From positions 5,144-69,143 of the forward strand of contig URBN01000001.1 in the NCBI GenBank assembly GCA_900546145.1: DNA of 64,000 nt. Reading direction: 5' to 3'. This document shows positions 20,848 through 30,692 of this stretch, one piece after another; position 1 is the stretch's first letter, and each line of letters starts with the position of its first letter. Origin of the DNA: an uncultured Desulfovibrio sp. GTDB lineage: Bacteria > Desulfobacterota > Desulfovibrionia > Desulfovibrionales > Desulfovibrionaceae. A program made the translations under genes and the position numbers. The notes beneath the pieces are model-generated. The model saw nothing but the letters and a program-made list of their open reading frames with translations, was not told where the DNA came from and made no database searches.

Positions 20848-23214
20848 ATGACAGATTTCAAAGCACTCCTCAACAGCGCCCAGTACGAAGCGGCCAGTAT
20901 GGGCGGCGGCCCAGCTCTGATTGTCGCGGGAGCCGGCACCGGCAAGACCAGAACTATTGTCTACCGGCTGGCCTGGCTCCTGGAGCACGGCGTTGACCCC
21001 TATCAGATTCTCCTTCTGACCTTCACGCGCAAGGCTGCCAGCGAAATGATGCAGCGTGCGGCCTCTCTCATCGCGGCCGATGTTTCGAGGCTTTCCGGAG
21101 GCACCTTTCATTCTTTTGCCTACCGCGTGCTGCGCCAGTACAGACCCCAATGGCTGGGAGACAGTCCCTTCACCGTGATGGACGCCACGGACGCTCTGGC
21201 CGCGGTGAGGCAGTGCCGTTCGGATCTCGGCATCACGAAGGACAGAAGCTTCCCCAAGAGCGAAGCTATCCTTTCCCTGTACAGCACCTCGCGCAACAAG
21301 GAGATTCCTGTTGAGGAAATGCTTGAAAAGTCGAGCCCGCACCTCATGCTTTACGCTGCAGATCTGAAGAAAATCACTGACGGGTATCAGCAGTTCAAGC
21401 ACGACAAGAAGCTCATGGACTATGATGATCTCCTGTTCGAGCTCGAGGCCGTGCTCATGCAGGATGTGGACGCCGCGGAAGCCATCAGGAGCCGTTACCG
21501 CTATATCCTGGTAGACGAGTATCAGGACACCAACCTTGTGCAGGCGAGACTTGTGCGTCTGCTTTCCGGGGCCGACAGCGGGAACCCCGCGTCAGTTATG
21601 GCCGTGGGCGACGAGGCGCAGTCCATTTACTCGTTTCGCGGGGCTACGGTAGAAAACATCCTGGAATTCCCGCGGGAGTATCCGAATACGAAGGTCATCA
21701 AGCTCGAAGAAAATTACCGCTCCACCAAACCCATCCTGGATGTGGCCAATAGTCTGCTCAGGCATGCGGCCGAAGGCTATCGCAAGAATCTCTTTACCCG
21801 CAATGCGGGCGGTGCTCCTGTGCGCGTCATCCGCTGCCTGTCCGACTTCAGCCAGGCCTCGATCGTGGCCCAGGAGGTTTCCCGTCTCCTTCAGATCTAT
21901 CAGCCTTCCGAAATGGCCGTGCTTTTCCGCTCGGGCTACCAGTCCTTTAACCTGGAAATGCAGCTCAACCGCATGGGCATACGTTTTCGCAAGTATGGCG
22001 GTCTCAAGTACAACGAGGCAGCTCACGTTAAGGATCTTACCGCGTATCTCAAGCTCGCCGTGAATCCGAGGGACTACACGTCCTTTCAGCGTATCGGCTC
22101 GTTCTTCAAAGGTATAGGACCCAAGACCTGCCAGAAGCTTTTTGCCGTCTGGGAGGAAGGGGATCCGAAGAAAATGGAGAAGATGCGCTCCCGCTACCGG
22201 CCGTTTTTTGATGAGCTTGATTTCGTCGTTTCCCTGCGCAGTGCCCCGGGCAGGGCCCAGGACAAGGTGCAGATGGCCCTGGATCGCTATGACGGCGTGG
22301 AAGGCTCCATTCTCGAGCGTCTTTATCCCGAAAACTATCCCACGCGCAGGACAGCGCTCGACGAGGTGGTGAGCATCGCGGAAGGCTTCGACGCTCTGGA
22401 CGAATTTCTGGCCGAGTTCACGCTCGAAGTCCCCGAGGCTGCTGAGGATGACACGGACAGGGTCGTCCTTTCCACCATCCATTCTGCCAAAGGGCTGGAG
22501 TGGAGCGCCGTTATGATCATTGATCTCGCGAACGACCGATTCCCTTCGCGCCATGCCCAGCAGAGCGCGGAGGCGTTCGAGGAGGAGCGCAGGCTCATGT
22601 ACGTGGCCTGCACCAGGGCGAGAGAGGAACTTACGCTGTTCGCTCCGGCCAGTGTCCACTGGGGACAGAGCGGACTGGCGCCCGCCAGCCTCAGCCCGTT
22701 TCTTACCGAGCTCGATCCCTCCCTCGTTGAGGAATACAGTGAAGTCGGGAACATGAGGCTTGTGAAAAAGCCGTTCCTGTCCTCTTCGGGGAATGGTCCC
22801 TCAGGATACGCCTACGTGGTTTCCGGCTCCGGGGGACATCTGCCCGCCGACTTCGCCAATGAAGACAGGGAAAGCCAGATGCCCGTTGGCGGAAATCCTG
22901 GCGGGCGCAAATCCTGGAAGGATGATTTCGGAGAGGAGGCGCAGATCCCGGCCGGTGAAACAGCGCCGCGGTCCAGCGGCGCAGGTGTTCCGGACAGCGG
23001 GAACGATGGCGGGGAAGAGGCTGTCTGCGTACCCGCGGACAGCGTGCTGCGCGAACTGGCCGGCGGAGGTATCCGTTACTGCCGGCACCGCATTTTCGGC
23101 CGGGGGCGTGTCCTGGGAGTGAAAAACGGCAATCTTGTGGAACTGGAATTCCCCGGCTACGGTCGCAAAACCATCATTGCTTCGTACCTCATCGCGGAGA
23201 AGGAACATGGCTAA
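20848..23214 (+). CDS. UvrD/PcrA/Rep-family ATP-dependent DNA helicase
   Basis: It has Walker A (AGAGTGKT), DEYQDTN, and helicase motifs IV-VI (STIHSAKGLEW, VACTRARE), plus a long Gly/Ser-rich C-terminal tail. Confidence 0.85.
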   Translation: MTDFKALLNSAQYEAASMGGGPALIVAGAGTGKTRTIVYRLAWLLEHGVDPYQILLLTFTRKAASEMMQRAASLIAADVSRLSGGTFHSFAYRVLRQYRPQWLGDSPFTVMDATDALAAVRQCRSDLGITKDRSFPKSEAILSLYSTSRNKEIPVEEMLEKSSPHLMLYAADLKKITDGYQQFKHDKKLMDYDDLLFELEAVLMQDVDAAEAIRSRYRYILVDEYQDTNLVQARLVRLLSGADSGNPASVMAVGDEAQSIYSFRGATVENILEFPREYPNTKVIKLEENYRSTKPILDVANSLLRHAAEGYRKNLFTRNAGGAPVRVIRCLSDFSQASIVAQEVSRLLQIYQPSEMAVLFRSGYQSFNLEMQLNRMGIRFRKYGGLKYNEAAHVKDLTAYLKLAVNPRDYTSFQRIGSFFKGIGPKTCQKLFAVWEEGDPKKMEKMRSRYRPFFDELDFVVSLRSAPGRAQDKVQMALDRYDGVEGSILERLYPENYPTRRTALDEVVSIAEGFDALDEFLAEFTLEVPEAAEDDTDRVVLSTIHSAKGLEWSAVMIIDLANDRFPSRHAQQSAEAFEEERRLMYVACTRAREELTLFAPASVHWGQSGLAPASLSPFLTELDPSLVEEYSEVGNMRLVKKPFLSSSGNGPSGYAYVVSGSGGHLPADFANEDRESQMPVGGNPGGRKSWKDDFGEEAQIPAGETAPRSSGAGVPDSGNDGGEEAVCVPADSVLRELAGGGIRYCRHRIFGRGRVLGVKNGNLVELEFPGYGRKTIIASYLIAEKEHG

Positions 23215-24235
23215 ACCTGCGGTCATCACGTCCGAGGACAGCATCCTCAATCTCATCGGAAAATATTTTCCCCTGCAGCACAGCGCCCTCGTGCTGGGGC
23301 GCGGCGATGACTGCGCGCTTTTCAGAACAAGGAGCGGCAGCAGCGTGAGCACGGATCTCTTCATCGAGGACGTGCATTTCAGGCGCAGTTATTTCACGCC
23401 TGCGGAAATCGGACACAAGGCCCTCGCCTGCAATATCAGCGATCTCGCGGCCTGCGGCACGCGTCCCGAGGCGTTCACGCTCAGCATGGGCCTGCCTCCG
23501 GATACGGATTATGCCTGGCTGGACGCTTTCTTTTCCGGCATGGGGGCTCTGGCGGAGCGCTTTGGCCTGGCTCTGGCCGGGGGCGACACCACCCGTTCGG
23601 AAAAGCTCGTCATCAGCATTACCGTGTTTGGCTCGGAAATCGGAGAGGGGGCCTTCCTGACGCGCGGCGGTTCCATGCCCGGCGATGTCCTTTTTGTGGT
23701 CGGTCCTCTTGGCCTGGCGCGCGTGGGGCTGCAGGAACTCGAGGCCCATGGCCGGGAGGCTCTGAAAACGTGGCCGCAGGCCTGCCGCGCGCATCTCATG
23801 CCCGAGCCCCTCGTGGATGCCGGACTCATGCTGGCGAGGGCTGGTCTCAACAGCAGGCCGCCGGCGCTTATGGACGTGTCGGACGGTGTGGCCAGGGATC
23901 TGCCCCGCCTGCTCGGACTGACCGGCGAGGCCGGCACGCCGTCCGTGGCCGGGGGCGGCCTCGGAGCGGAACTTGTCCTCCCGGCGGGCATCCTGCCCTC
24001 AGAAGTCACCCGCTGGTGCAGGGAAAACGGCAGGAGCCCCGTGAAGGAAGCGCTTCTGGGTGGCGAGGATTACGCTCTTCTCGGATCCTGCGCCGCGGAC
24101 ATGCTCCCTTCCCTTCACGCGGCCATTCCCGGCCTCTGGGAAATCGGCACCGTCACGGACACGGGAAAGATATACTGCAACCGTGAAAGTCTGGAATCCC
24201 TGCACGGGTTTGATCATTTCGCCGCGGAACGCTGA
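23207..24235 (+). CDS. thiL: thiamine-monophosphate kinase
   Basis: The start MAKPAVITSEDSILNLIGKYF... overlaps the helicase stop. It is AIR-synthase-related, ThiL family (GDDCALF, GGDTT). Confidence 0.85.
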   Translation: MAKPAVITSEDSILNLIGKYFPLQHSALVLGRGDDCALFRTRSGSSVSTDLFIEDVHFRRSYFTPAEIGHKALACNISDLAACGTRPEAFTLSMGLPPDTDYAWLDAFFSGMGALAERFGLALAGGDTTRSEKLVISITVFGSEIGEGAFLTRGGSMPGDVLFVVGPLGLARVGLQELEAHGREALKTWPQACRAHLMPEPLVDAGLMLARAGLNSRPPALMDVSDGVARDLPRLLGLTGEAGTPSVAGGGLGAELVLPAGILPSEVTRWCRENGRSPVKEALLGGEDYALLGSCAADMLPSLHAAIPGLWEIGTVTDTGKIYCNRESLESLHGFDHFAAER

Positions 24236-24296
24236 AGAAGCAGCGCCGGTTCCCCCGGCAGAATACAAAGAACCACGGTAAACGGGAGAGAAGAAT

Positions 24297-24965
24297 ATGG
24301 ACGGCATTGTCAGAGACAGATACGCAGACTGGAAGAACAGATTCGACCTCAGCCCCAATGTGCTTCTGGAAAAAGGCATAGCGGTAGAGGATTTCGTTCA
24401 TGGACTGGATATCGTCATTCATACCTGCCGAGAGGCCTGGCTCGCAGGCATCATGGTTGGATTTAACGGAAATATGAGCATGCGTCTTGGTGAGGAGCTC
24501 CTGCTGGTGACAGGAACCACGGTACCCAAGGGGCATCTGACTGACAATGACGTGGCCCTGATCTCCGTGGACGGCACCCGGATTGCCGGACCGGCCATAT
24601 CGAGTGAGACGGCCATGCATACGGACGTGTATGAAGCTGTCCCTGAAGCCCGTTTCATTCTGCACACCCATCCGACCCACCTGCTGGCGCTTTCCGTGGC
24701 TGTCGGTCCGGAAGAAATGCTTTCCATGCCGCTTTTCGAGTCGCGCATGTGGAAAGAAAAGCTCTCTTTTGCAGACGCCTGCGCTCCGGGGAGCAGAGAG
24801 CTCGCGAGAAGCGTGGGAGAGGCTGCCGTAAAGGGGCAGGCTGTTTTCATGAAGGAGCACGGACTCTGCGTGTACGGCAAAACAGCCGGTGAAGTGCTGG
24901 CCGTTTCCGAGGAAATGGATCATCTCGCCGCCATGCAGCTTCTCGCGGCCGGCTGCAGAAAATAG
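24297..24965 (+). CDS. class II aldolase/adducin-family protein
   Basis: It has the L-fuculose-phosphate aldolase-like fold with metal-binding His (HTHPTHL). Confidence 0.7.
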   Translation: MDGIVRDRYADWKNRFDLSPNVLLEKGIAVEDFVHGLDIVIHTCREAWLAGIMVGFNGNMSMRLGEELLLVTGTTVPKGHLTDNDVALISVDGTRIAGPAISSETAMHTDVYEAVPEARFILHTHPTHLLALSVAVGPEEMLSMPLFESRMWKEKLSFADACAPGSRELARSVGEAAVKGQAVFMKEHGLCVYGKTAGEVLAVSEEMDHLAAMQLLAAGCRK

Positions 24966-24988
24966 TTCTTACTCCGGCTGCCCCTGGC

Positions 24989-26164
24989 TTATTTCCCGTC
25001 CCGCTCCTCGCCGAAAATGCGTCCGGCCCTGTCGAAAAAGCCGGAAAGGATGGCATTGGAGACGAGCATGCCTTCTCTGGTCAGCCGGCAGCCGGTATCG
25101 CCCAGTGTGATGAGTCCCTGTTCCGTCAGCGCTTTCAGATATTCCCCGTAGTCCTTCCGGAAAACCCGGCCGGTCCGGAAGGTGTATTCCTGATAACTGA
25201 GGCCGCGGACAGTCCTCAGACGCAGCATGAGAAGTTCCAGGATACGGTCCAGGGGGCTGAGAATCTCCGGACTGCCTCCAAGGAGACCCTTGGACGTGTT
25301 TTCAAGCCACACACCGAAGTCCTCCGCGTCTGTCCAGCGTTTCCCTCCGATGGTGGAGACGGCGGATGGCCCCATGCCGAGAAAATCCTGTCCCTGCCAG
25401 TATCCGCAGTTATGGCGGCAGGAGTGTCCGAAGCGGGCGAAGTTGGAAATTTCGTACTGGGAGAAGCCATGCTTTTCCAGGAAGCCGATGGCTCCGAGAT
25501 ACATGTCCCGCTGCTCTTCTTCACTGGGCAGGGTGAAGCAGCCATTTCTGAACATGGAGAGGAAGGGAGCGTCCTCCTCAAGGGAAAGACCATAGGCGGA
25601 AATGTGATCCGGTTCCAGCCGCATGGTGTTTTCAAGCGTTTCCATCCAGCTTTGTCCTGTCTGTCCGGGCAGCCCCCACATGAGGTCTGCGGAAAGTGAC
25701 TGGAATCCGATCCTGTGAGCTTCCCCGAAGGTCTGCAGCACATCTTTCGGCGAGTGAATGCGCCCGAGCGTTTTGAGTTCTGAGGCGATCATGCTCTGCA
25801 CACCAACGGAAAGCCGGGTTACTCCGGCATCGCGGAATCCCCGCATGGCCCCAGGCCTGTTCAGGGATTCGGGATTGCCTTCAAGCGTGACTTCAGCGTT
25901 GCCGGTCACGCGGAAAAGCCTGGATATGGTGTCCAGGATGGACCCCACGTCCTCAGGAGAGAGCAGGCTCGGCGTGCCCCCGCCGAAAAAGACTGTGGAA
26001 ACTGTGTTTCCGGTGGAACCGAGTCTGTACGCCCACCAGCGGATTTCCCTGAGAAGGGCGGGAAGATAGCTGGAAGGAACCGGGGTTTTCCCGATGGCAG
26101 AGGAGTGGAAGGCGCAGTACAGGCAGCGGCGGCGGCAGAAGGGGACGTGGATGTAGATCAGCAT
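24989..26164 (-). CDS. hemW: radical SAM heme chaperone HemW (coproporphyrinogen III oxidase-like)
   Basis: MLIYIHVPFCRRRCLYCAF... has the CxxxCxxC radical SAM motif and a HemN C-terminal domain. The protein is 391 aa. Confidence 0.85.
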   Translation of the reverse strand: MLIYIHVPFCRRRCLYCAFHSSAIGKTPVPSSYLPALLREIRWWAYRLGSTGNTVSTVFFGGGTPSLLSPEDVGSILDTISRLFRVTGNAEVTLEGNPESLNRPGAMRGFRDAGVTRLSVGVQSMIASELKTLGRIHSPKDVLQTFGEAHRIGFQSLSADLMWGLPGQTGQSWMETLENTMRLEPDHISAYGLSLEEDAPFLSMFRNGCFTLPSEEEQRDMYLGAIGFLEKHGFSQYEISNFARFGHSCRHNCGYWQGQDFLGMGPSAVSTIGGKRWTDAEDFGVWLENTSKGLLGGSPEILSPLDRILELLMLRLRTVRGLSYQEYTFRTGRVFRKDYGEYLKALTEQGLITLGDTGCRLTREGMLVSNAILSGFFDRAGRIFGEERDGK

Positions 26165-26267
26165 GGCAGCTCGGCGGGTAAAGGGTTAGCTGCAGAGGGG
26201 GAGTGTGAAATGCGCTCTTCCTACTTCCAAAACGCTCGGCTGACAAGCGTGGAAAAGGCTGGAAACG

Positions 26268-26296
26268 CCTCCCTGTCTTGGCAAGGTGAAAGTGTG
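26268..26296 (+). promoter_or_regulatory. candidate sigma70 promoter for pepA (TTGGCA-17-TATACT)
   Basis: The -35-like TTGGCA and -10-like TATACT are separated by 17 nt, about 45 nt upstream of the pepA ATG in the divergent hemW/pepA intergenic region. Confidence 0.35.
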
Positions 26297-26340
26297 CGGG
26301 TATACTCACCGGCCATAGATATTTTTGAAGGAGACATAGC

Positions 26341-27843
26341 ATGGATATACGCTTTCAGGCCGGCGGAGCCGACAAGTGGAAGGCCGATATAGCCCTTATC
26401 CCTATCCGTGAGGGAGAAAAAATAACCGACACCTGCCCGGAACTGGACAGCGCGGCGCCGTATCTTGTCATTGCCCCGGCTATGCGCGACGTGAGCGGAC
26501 GGAAGGATGAGATAAGCCTCATCTACGGGCATCCGGATCTTCCCTATTCGCGCGTCATGCTCATCGGGCTCGGGAGTGAAGCGGTGACCCCGGACAGTCT
26601 TCGCCGTGCGTATGCCCTTGGCACGCGCCGCGCCAGGGCCATGCACCTCAGGTCCCTGCAGATTCCTGTTTTCACACTGCAGCGTTTCGGCGGCGTGGAC
26701 AGGCTTCTCGAGGAAGCCGTCTACGCGTGCAAGCTCGCCGATTACGAAGTTTCCGGGCTGAAGCACAGAAAGCCCGGCGCCCCGGAGCCGATCTCCTTCC
26801 TGTCCGTGAATTTCACGGGCGAGTACGTGCCGGAGAAGGAACAGGCCGCGGCCCGCAGGGGCGAGGATGCGGCTGACACCGTCATTCTCGCACGCAATCT
26901 CATCAATACGCCCGCCAACGTGATGTATCCCGAGGCCTTTGCCGAAGAGGCCCGCAGCCTCGCTGAGGGGACGGCGCTTTCCTGTACGGTGTACGACGAG
27001 AAACAGCTTTCCGATATGGGGTTCAACGCTCACCTCGCTGTGGGGCAGGGAGGGAAGAATCCTCCCCGCCTGGTCGTGCTTGAATACACCCCGAAAGGCC
27101 ATGAAAACGATGATCCGCTCGTCTTCGTGGGAAAGGGCATCACGTTTGACTCGGGCGGTATTTCCCTGAAGCCTGCAGCCAACATGCACACCATGAAGTG
27201 CGACATGACTGGTGCTGCTGCGGTTCTGACCTCGGTCTCCATGCTGGCCCGCGAGGAAGTGCCTCACCGCGTGGTCGGCATCATGGCCCTGGCTGAGAAT
27301 ATGCCCGACGGAGGCGCCGTGCATCCCGGCGACGTGGTGACCGGCCTGAACGGTAGCACCATCGAAATCATCAACACGGATGCGGAAGGACGGCTCGTCC
27401 TTTCCGACGCCCTGACCTATGCCCAGAAGAACTGGCACCCCGCGGCCGTTGTGGATGTGGCCACGCTGACGGGCGCCTGCGCCACGGCGCTGGGCGATCA
27501 GGTGGCAGGCCTCTTCAGCAACGACACGGAGCTTGCCGACCGCATTATCTCGGCCGGCAGCTGCGCAGGCGAAAACTACTGGCGCATGCCGCTCTGGGAA
27601 GGCTACAGAGGCAGACTTGAGAGCACGGTGGCCGACATCTGTCATACCGGAAGCTCTCGTGAGGGGGGCGCCATTGTCGCAGCCCTGTTCCTGGAACACT
27701 TTATCAGCGAAGGCACCAGATGGGCGCATCTCGACATAGCCGGCGAAGACTGGGTGAGCGAGGCGAAGCCCCTCTGCCCCAAAGGCGCTTCGGGGTTTGC
27801 TGCCAGGACGCTGCTTGAGCTTGGCCGCGGAGGTTTTGAATAA
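26341..27843 (+). CDS. pepA: leucyl aminopeptidase (M17 family)
   Basis: It has the NTDAEGRL and VGKGITFDSGG motifs. The protein is 500 aa. Confidence 0.9.
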   Translation: MDIRFQAGGADKWKADIALIPIREGEKITDTCPELDSAAPYLVIAPAMRDVSGRKDEISLIYGHPDLPYSRVMLIGLGSEAVTPDSLRRAYALGTRRARAMHLRSLQIPVFTLQRFGGVDRLLEEAVYACKLADYEVSGLKHRKPGAPEPISFLSVNFTGEYVPEKEQAAARRGEDAADTVILARNLINTPANVMYPEAFAEEARSLAEGTALSCTVYDEKQLSDMGFNAHLAVGQGGKNPPRLVVLEYTPKGHENDDPLVFVGKGITFDSGGISLKPAANMHTMKCDMTGAAAVLTSVSMLAREEVPHRVVGIMALAENMPDGGAVHPGDVVTGLNGSTIEIINTDAEGRLVLSDALTYAQKNWHPAAVVDVATLTGACATALGDQVAGLFSNDTELADRIISAGSCAGENYWRMPLWEGYRGRLESTVADICHTGSSREGGAIVAALFLEHFISEGTRWAHLDIAGEDWVSEAKPLCPKGASGFAARTLLELGRGGFE

Positions 27844-29357
27844 TGAGCAAGGTTTACCTTCTGGGTGCCGGCCCGGGCGATCCCGGCCTTCTGACACTGC
27901 GCGCGAAGGAGATTCTCGAAAAGGCCGACGTCGTGGTCTATGACGCTCTCGCCAACGCTTCCTTCCTTGACTTCGCACGCTCTGACGCGGAAAGGATTTA
28001 CGTCGGCAAGATTGCCGATCAGCACGCCATGAGCCAGGAAAACATCAACAGGCTGCTCGTGGAAAAAGCGAAGGAAGGCAAGGATGTGGCCCGGCTCAAG
28101 GGCGGCGATCCCTACATTTTCGGCCGTGGCGGCGAAGAGGCCCAGGAACTCCTGGCCGCGGGCGTCGAATTCGAGGAGGTGCCGGGCATCACCTCGACCA
28201 TTGCCGCTCCTGCCTATGCGGGCATCCCGCTGACCCACAGGGACTTTTCCTCCTCAGTGACCATCGTGACCGGCCATGAGAACCCTGACAAGAAGGAGAG
28301 CTCCCTTGACTGGCCGAGCCTCGCGCGCAGCGCTTCCACGCTTGTGTTCGTCATGGGCATGAAGAATCTGCCCCTCATCTCGAAGCATCTTATCGATGCG
28401 GGGATGAAGCCGGATACGCCGGCTGCCCTGGTGTACAGGGGGACTACGCCGTTTCAGCGCACGCTCGTCAGCACCATCGGGGAACTGCCGGAGCGCGCCG
28501 TGCAGGAACATTTTACCAACCCCTCGGTCATCGTTGTGGGCGGTGTGTGCCGCCTGCATGCCAGCCTGGACTGGTTCGGGAAGAAGCCTCTCCTTGGCAG
28601 GCGCGTGGTTGTAACCCGTGCCCGCGCCCAGGCCAGCGGTCTCGCAGCGCTTCTCGCGGAGCAGGGGGCCTACGTTCTGCAGTGTCCCACTATCCGCATA
28701 CAGCCTCTCGCTGACCAGTCTGCCCTGGACAGCCGGCTCGGAAGCCTTGATTCCTATGCCTGGGTGGTTTTCACTTCAGTTAACGGTGTGAAGGTGTTCT
28801 GGGATCGTCTGCGCCACGCAGGAAAGGATGCCAGAGCCATCGGCCGGACACGCGTGGCCGCCATCGGACCGGCCACAGCCGGGGAACTCAGAAAGCACGG
28901 CATCTTCCCTGACTTTGTTCCGCCCAAATATATTGCCGAGAGCGTCATTGAAGGCCTGACCGCGCAGGGCGGCCTTAAGGGCACGAAGATTCTTATCCCG
29001 AGAGCGGCCAAAGCCCGGGAGATTCTGCCTGATGCGCTGCGGGCCCAGGGCGCTGAGGTTGACGTGGTACCGGTTTACGAGACCGTTCCCGAATGCAGCG
29101 ACAAAGATGCGTTTCTGACTGCTCTCAGGGCCGGAGAACTCGACTGCATCACCTTTGGCTCCTCCTCCACAGTGGACAATCTGCTGTCCATCGTGAAGGC
29201 GGAGGAACTGAAAGAACATCCGGAAGTGAAATTGGCCTGTATCGGGCCGGTTACAGCCAGAACCCTTGAGGGACACGGCCTCAAATGCGCCGTCATGCCG
29301 GATGAATATACTATTCCTGCTCTTGTGCAGGCTCTGATCGACACCTACCGCTCATAA
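27843..29357 (+). CDS. cobA/hemD: bifunctional uroporphyrinogen-III C-methyltransferase / uroporphyrinogen-III synthase
   Basis: The N-terminal SUMT domain (VYLLGAGPGDPGLLTL) is fused to a HemD-like C-terminal domain, as is typical of Desulfovibrio. Confidence 0.85.
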   Translation: MSKVYLLGAGPGDPGLLTLRAKEILEKADVVVYDALANASFLDFARSDAERIYVGKIADQHAMSQENINRLLVEKAKEGKDVARLKGGDPYIFGRGGEEAQELLAAGVEFEEVPGITSTIAAPAYAGIPLTHRDFSSSVTIVTGHENPDKKESSLDWPSLARSASTLVFVMGMKNLPLISKHLIDAGMKPDTPAALVYRGTTPFQRTLVSTIGELPERAVQEHFTNPSVIVVGGVCRLHASLDWFGKKPLLGRRVVVTRARAQASGLAALLAEQGAYVLQCPTIRIQPLADQSALDSRLGSLDSYAWVVFTSVNGVKVFWDRLRHAGKDARAIGRTRVAAIGPATAGELRKHGIFPDFVPPKYIAESVIEGLTAQGGLKGTKILIPRAAKAREILPDALRAQGAEVDVVPVYETVPECSDKDAFLTALRAGELDCITFGSSSTVDNLLSIVKAEELKEHPEVKLACIGPVTARTLEGHGLKCAVMPDEYTIPALVQALIDTYRS

Positions 29358-29367
29358 GGAGAGCCAT

Positions 29368-30045
29368 ATGTCTCTTCCCATTGCCATCGTCGCTTCCGGC
29401 AACGGAACCAACGCCCAGGCCATGATCGACCTCATGAAGGCCGGCGTGCTCGACGTGGATATCCGTCTCATCTTCTGCAACCGCCCGGGCGCTCCCGTTC
29501 TGGAACGCGCCAGGAAAGCCGGCGTTCCCTCCAGGATGCTGGACCATACAAAATTCCCGGACAGAGCTTCCTTTGACCGGGAGATGGCCTCCATCATCAG
29601 GGAAAGCGGCGCGGAGCTCGTCGTTCTGGCGGGCTACATGCGCCTTCTGACTGACGAGTTCCTGAAGGAATTCCCGCACAGAGTCATCAATATCCATCCC
29701 TCCATTCTGCCCGGATTCGGCGGAAGCATCCATGCCGGTCAGGAAGCCGTGGATTACGGCGTCAAGCTGTCCGGCTGCACTGTGCACGTTGTTGAGATGA
29801 AGGTCGACAGCGGCCCGGTCATCATTCAGGCCGCCGTCCCCTGCAACGCCGGAGACACCGAGGACGATCTTATGACCCGCGTCCACAGGATGGAACACAG
29901 GATCTATCCCCAGGCTGTTGAGTGGTTCGCCGAGAAGCGTCTCCATGTCAAAGGCCGGCACGTCTACCTGGACAAGGCTGACAAGCCCCTCGCGCCTATG
30001 AACGGGGAGAGCTTTGTCTGGCCGCCTCTTGAAAAAGGATTTTAG
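29368..30045 (+). CDS. purN: phosphoribosylglycinamide formyltransferase
   Basis: IAIVASGNGTNAQAM, HPSILPGFGG and the formyl-transferase motif are present. Confidence 0.9.
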   Translation: MSLPIAIVASGNGTNAQAMIDLMKAGVLDVDIRLIFCNRPGAPVLERARKAGVPSRMLDHTKFPDRASFDREMASIIRESGAELVVLAGYMRLLTDEFLKEFPHRVINIHPSILPGFGGSIHAGQEAVDYGVKLSGCTVHVVEMKVDSGPVIIQAAVPCNAGDTEDDLMTRVHRMEHRIYPQAVEWFAEKRLHVKGRHVYLDKADKPLAPMNGESFVWPPLEKGF

Positions 30046-30071
30046 CGTTCTTTTCCCCATACTGTGAGGTA

Positions 30072-30575
30072 ATGCCTATGTTGAGATTGCGTTTACCTTC
30101 TTCGGCCGTCACAGCGGCCCTGGCATCATGCGCTCTTGCCGGTTTTCTGCTCCTGGGCGCGTCCATGCCCACGCCTGCCGGCGCAGCCGCCGATGTGGCT
30201 GGTCTCTACACGGATGCCCTCATTAGCGGGGATGCGAAGGCTCTGGAGAGGCTTCTGGCGCCGAACTTTATCTTCATCGCCCCTAACGGCCATATTGAAG
30301 ATGGCAGTCACTTCCTTGATTCCATCCGCAGCAGGCACTTCGTCGTTTCCGACATGACTCTCAAGAACATGAGAGAGACGAGAACCGGCGATGTCCGCCT
30401 CATTACCGGCAATGGCACCTTCATGGCACGCTCGGATAACCCGCTTCCCGGTGGACTTATGCGTCTGACTATGGTGACGGACAGGAGCAGCGGAAGCGAG
30501 AAGATTCTTCTCGTGCAGGTGACGCCGGTCATCCCCACACGCGACTGTACGGACGGCAACTGCCGCATCCGGTAG
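30072..30575 (+). CDS. secreted NTF2-like/DUF4440-like protein
   Basis: It has a signal peptide (AGFLLLGASMPTPAGAAA) followed by a SnoaL-like fold. Confidence 0.45.
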   Translation: MPMLRLRLPSSAVTAALASCALAGFLLLGASMPTPAGAAADVAGLYTDALISGDAKALERLLAPNFIFIAPNGHIEDGSHFLDSIRSRHFVVSDMTLKNMRETRTGDVRLITGNGTFMARSDNPLPGGLMRLTMVTDRSSGSEKILLVQVTPVIPTRDCTDGNCRIR

Positions 30576-30597
30576 TGTCCGTCCTTCTTCGGATGTC

Positions 30598-30629
30598 AGG
30601 GCAGGAAGAGTTTTTCTTCCTGCCCTTTC
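30598..30629 (+). terminator. intrinsic terminator (plus strand)
   Basis: GGGCAGGAAGA-gttttt-TCTTCCTGCCC is followed by TTTCTG. Confidence 0.45.
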
Positions 30630-30638
30630 TGCTGTACG

Positions 30639-30675
30639 AAAAAAAGAGGCCCGCGGCGTAAGCCACGGGCCTCTT
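30639..30675 (-). terminator. intrinsic terminator for flxA (minus strand)
   Basis: On the minus strand, the stem GAGGCCCGTGGC...GCCGCGGGCCTC is followed by TTTTTTT. Confidence 0.45.
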
Positions 30676-30692
30676 TCGTTCAGGAGGGAATA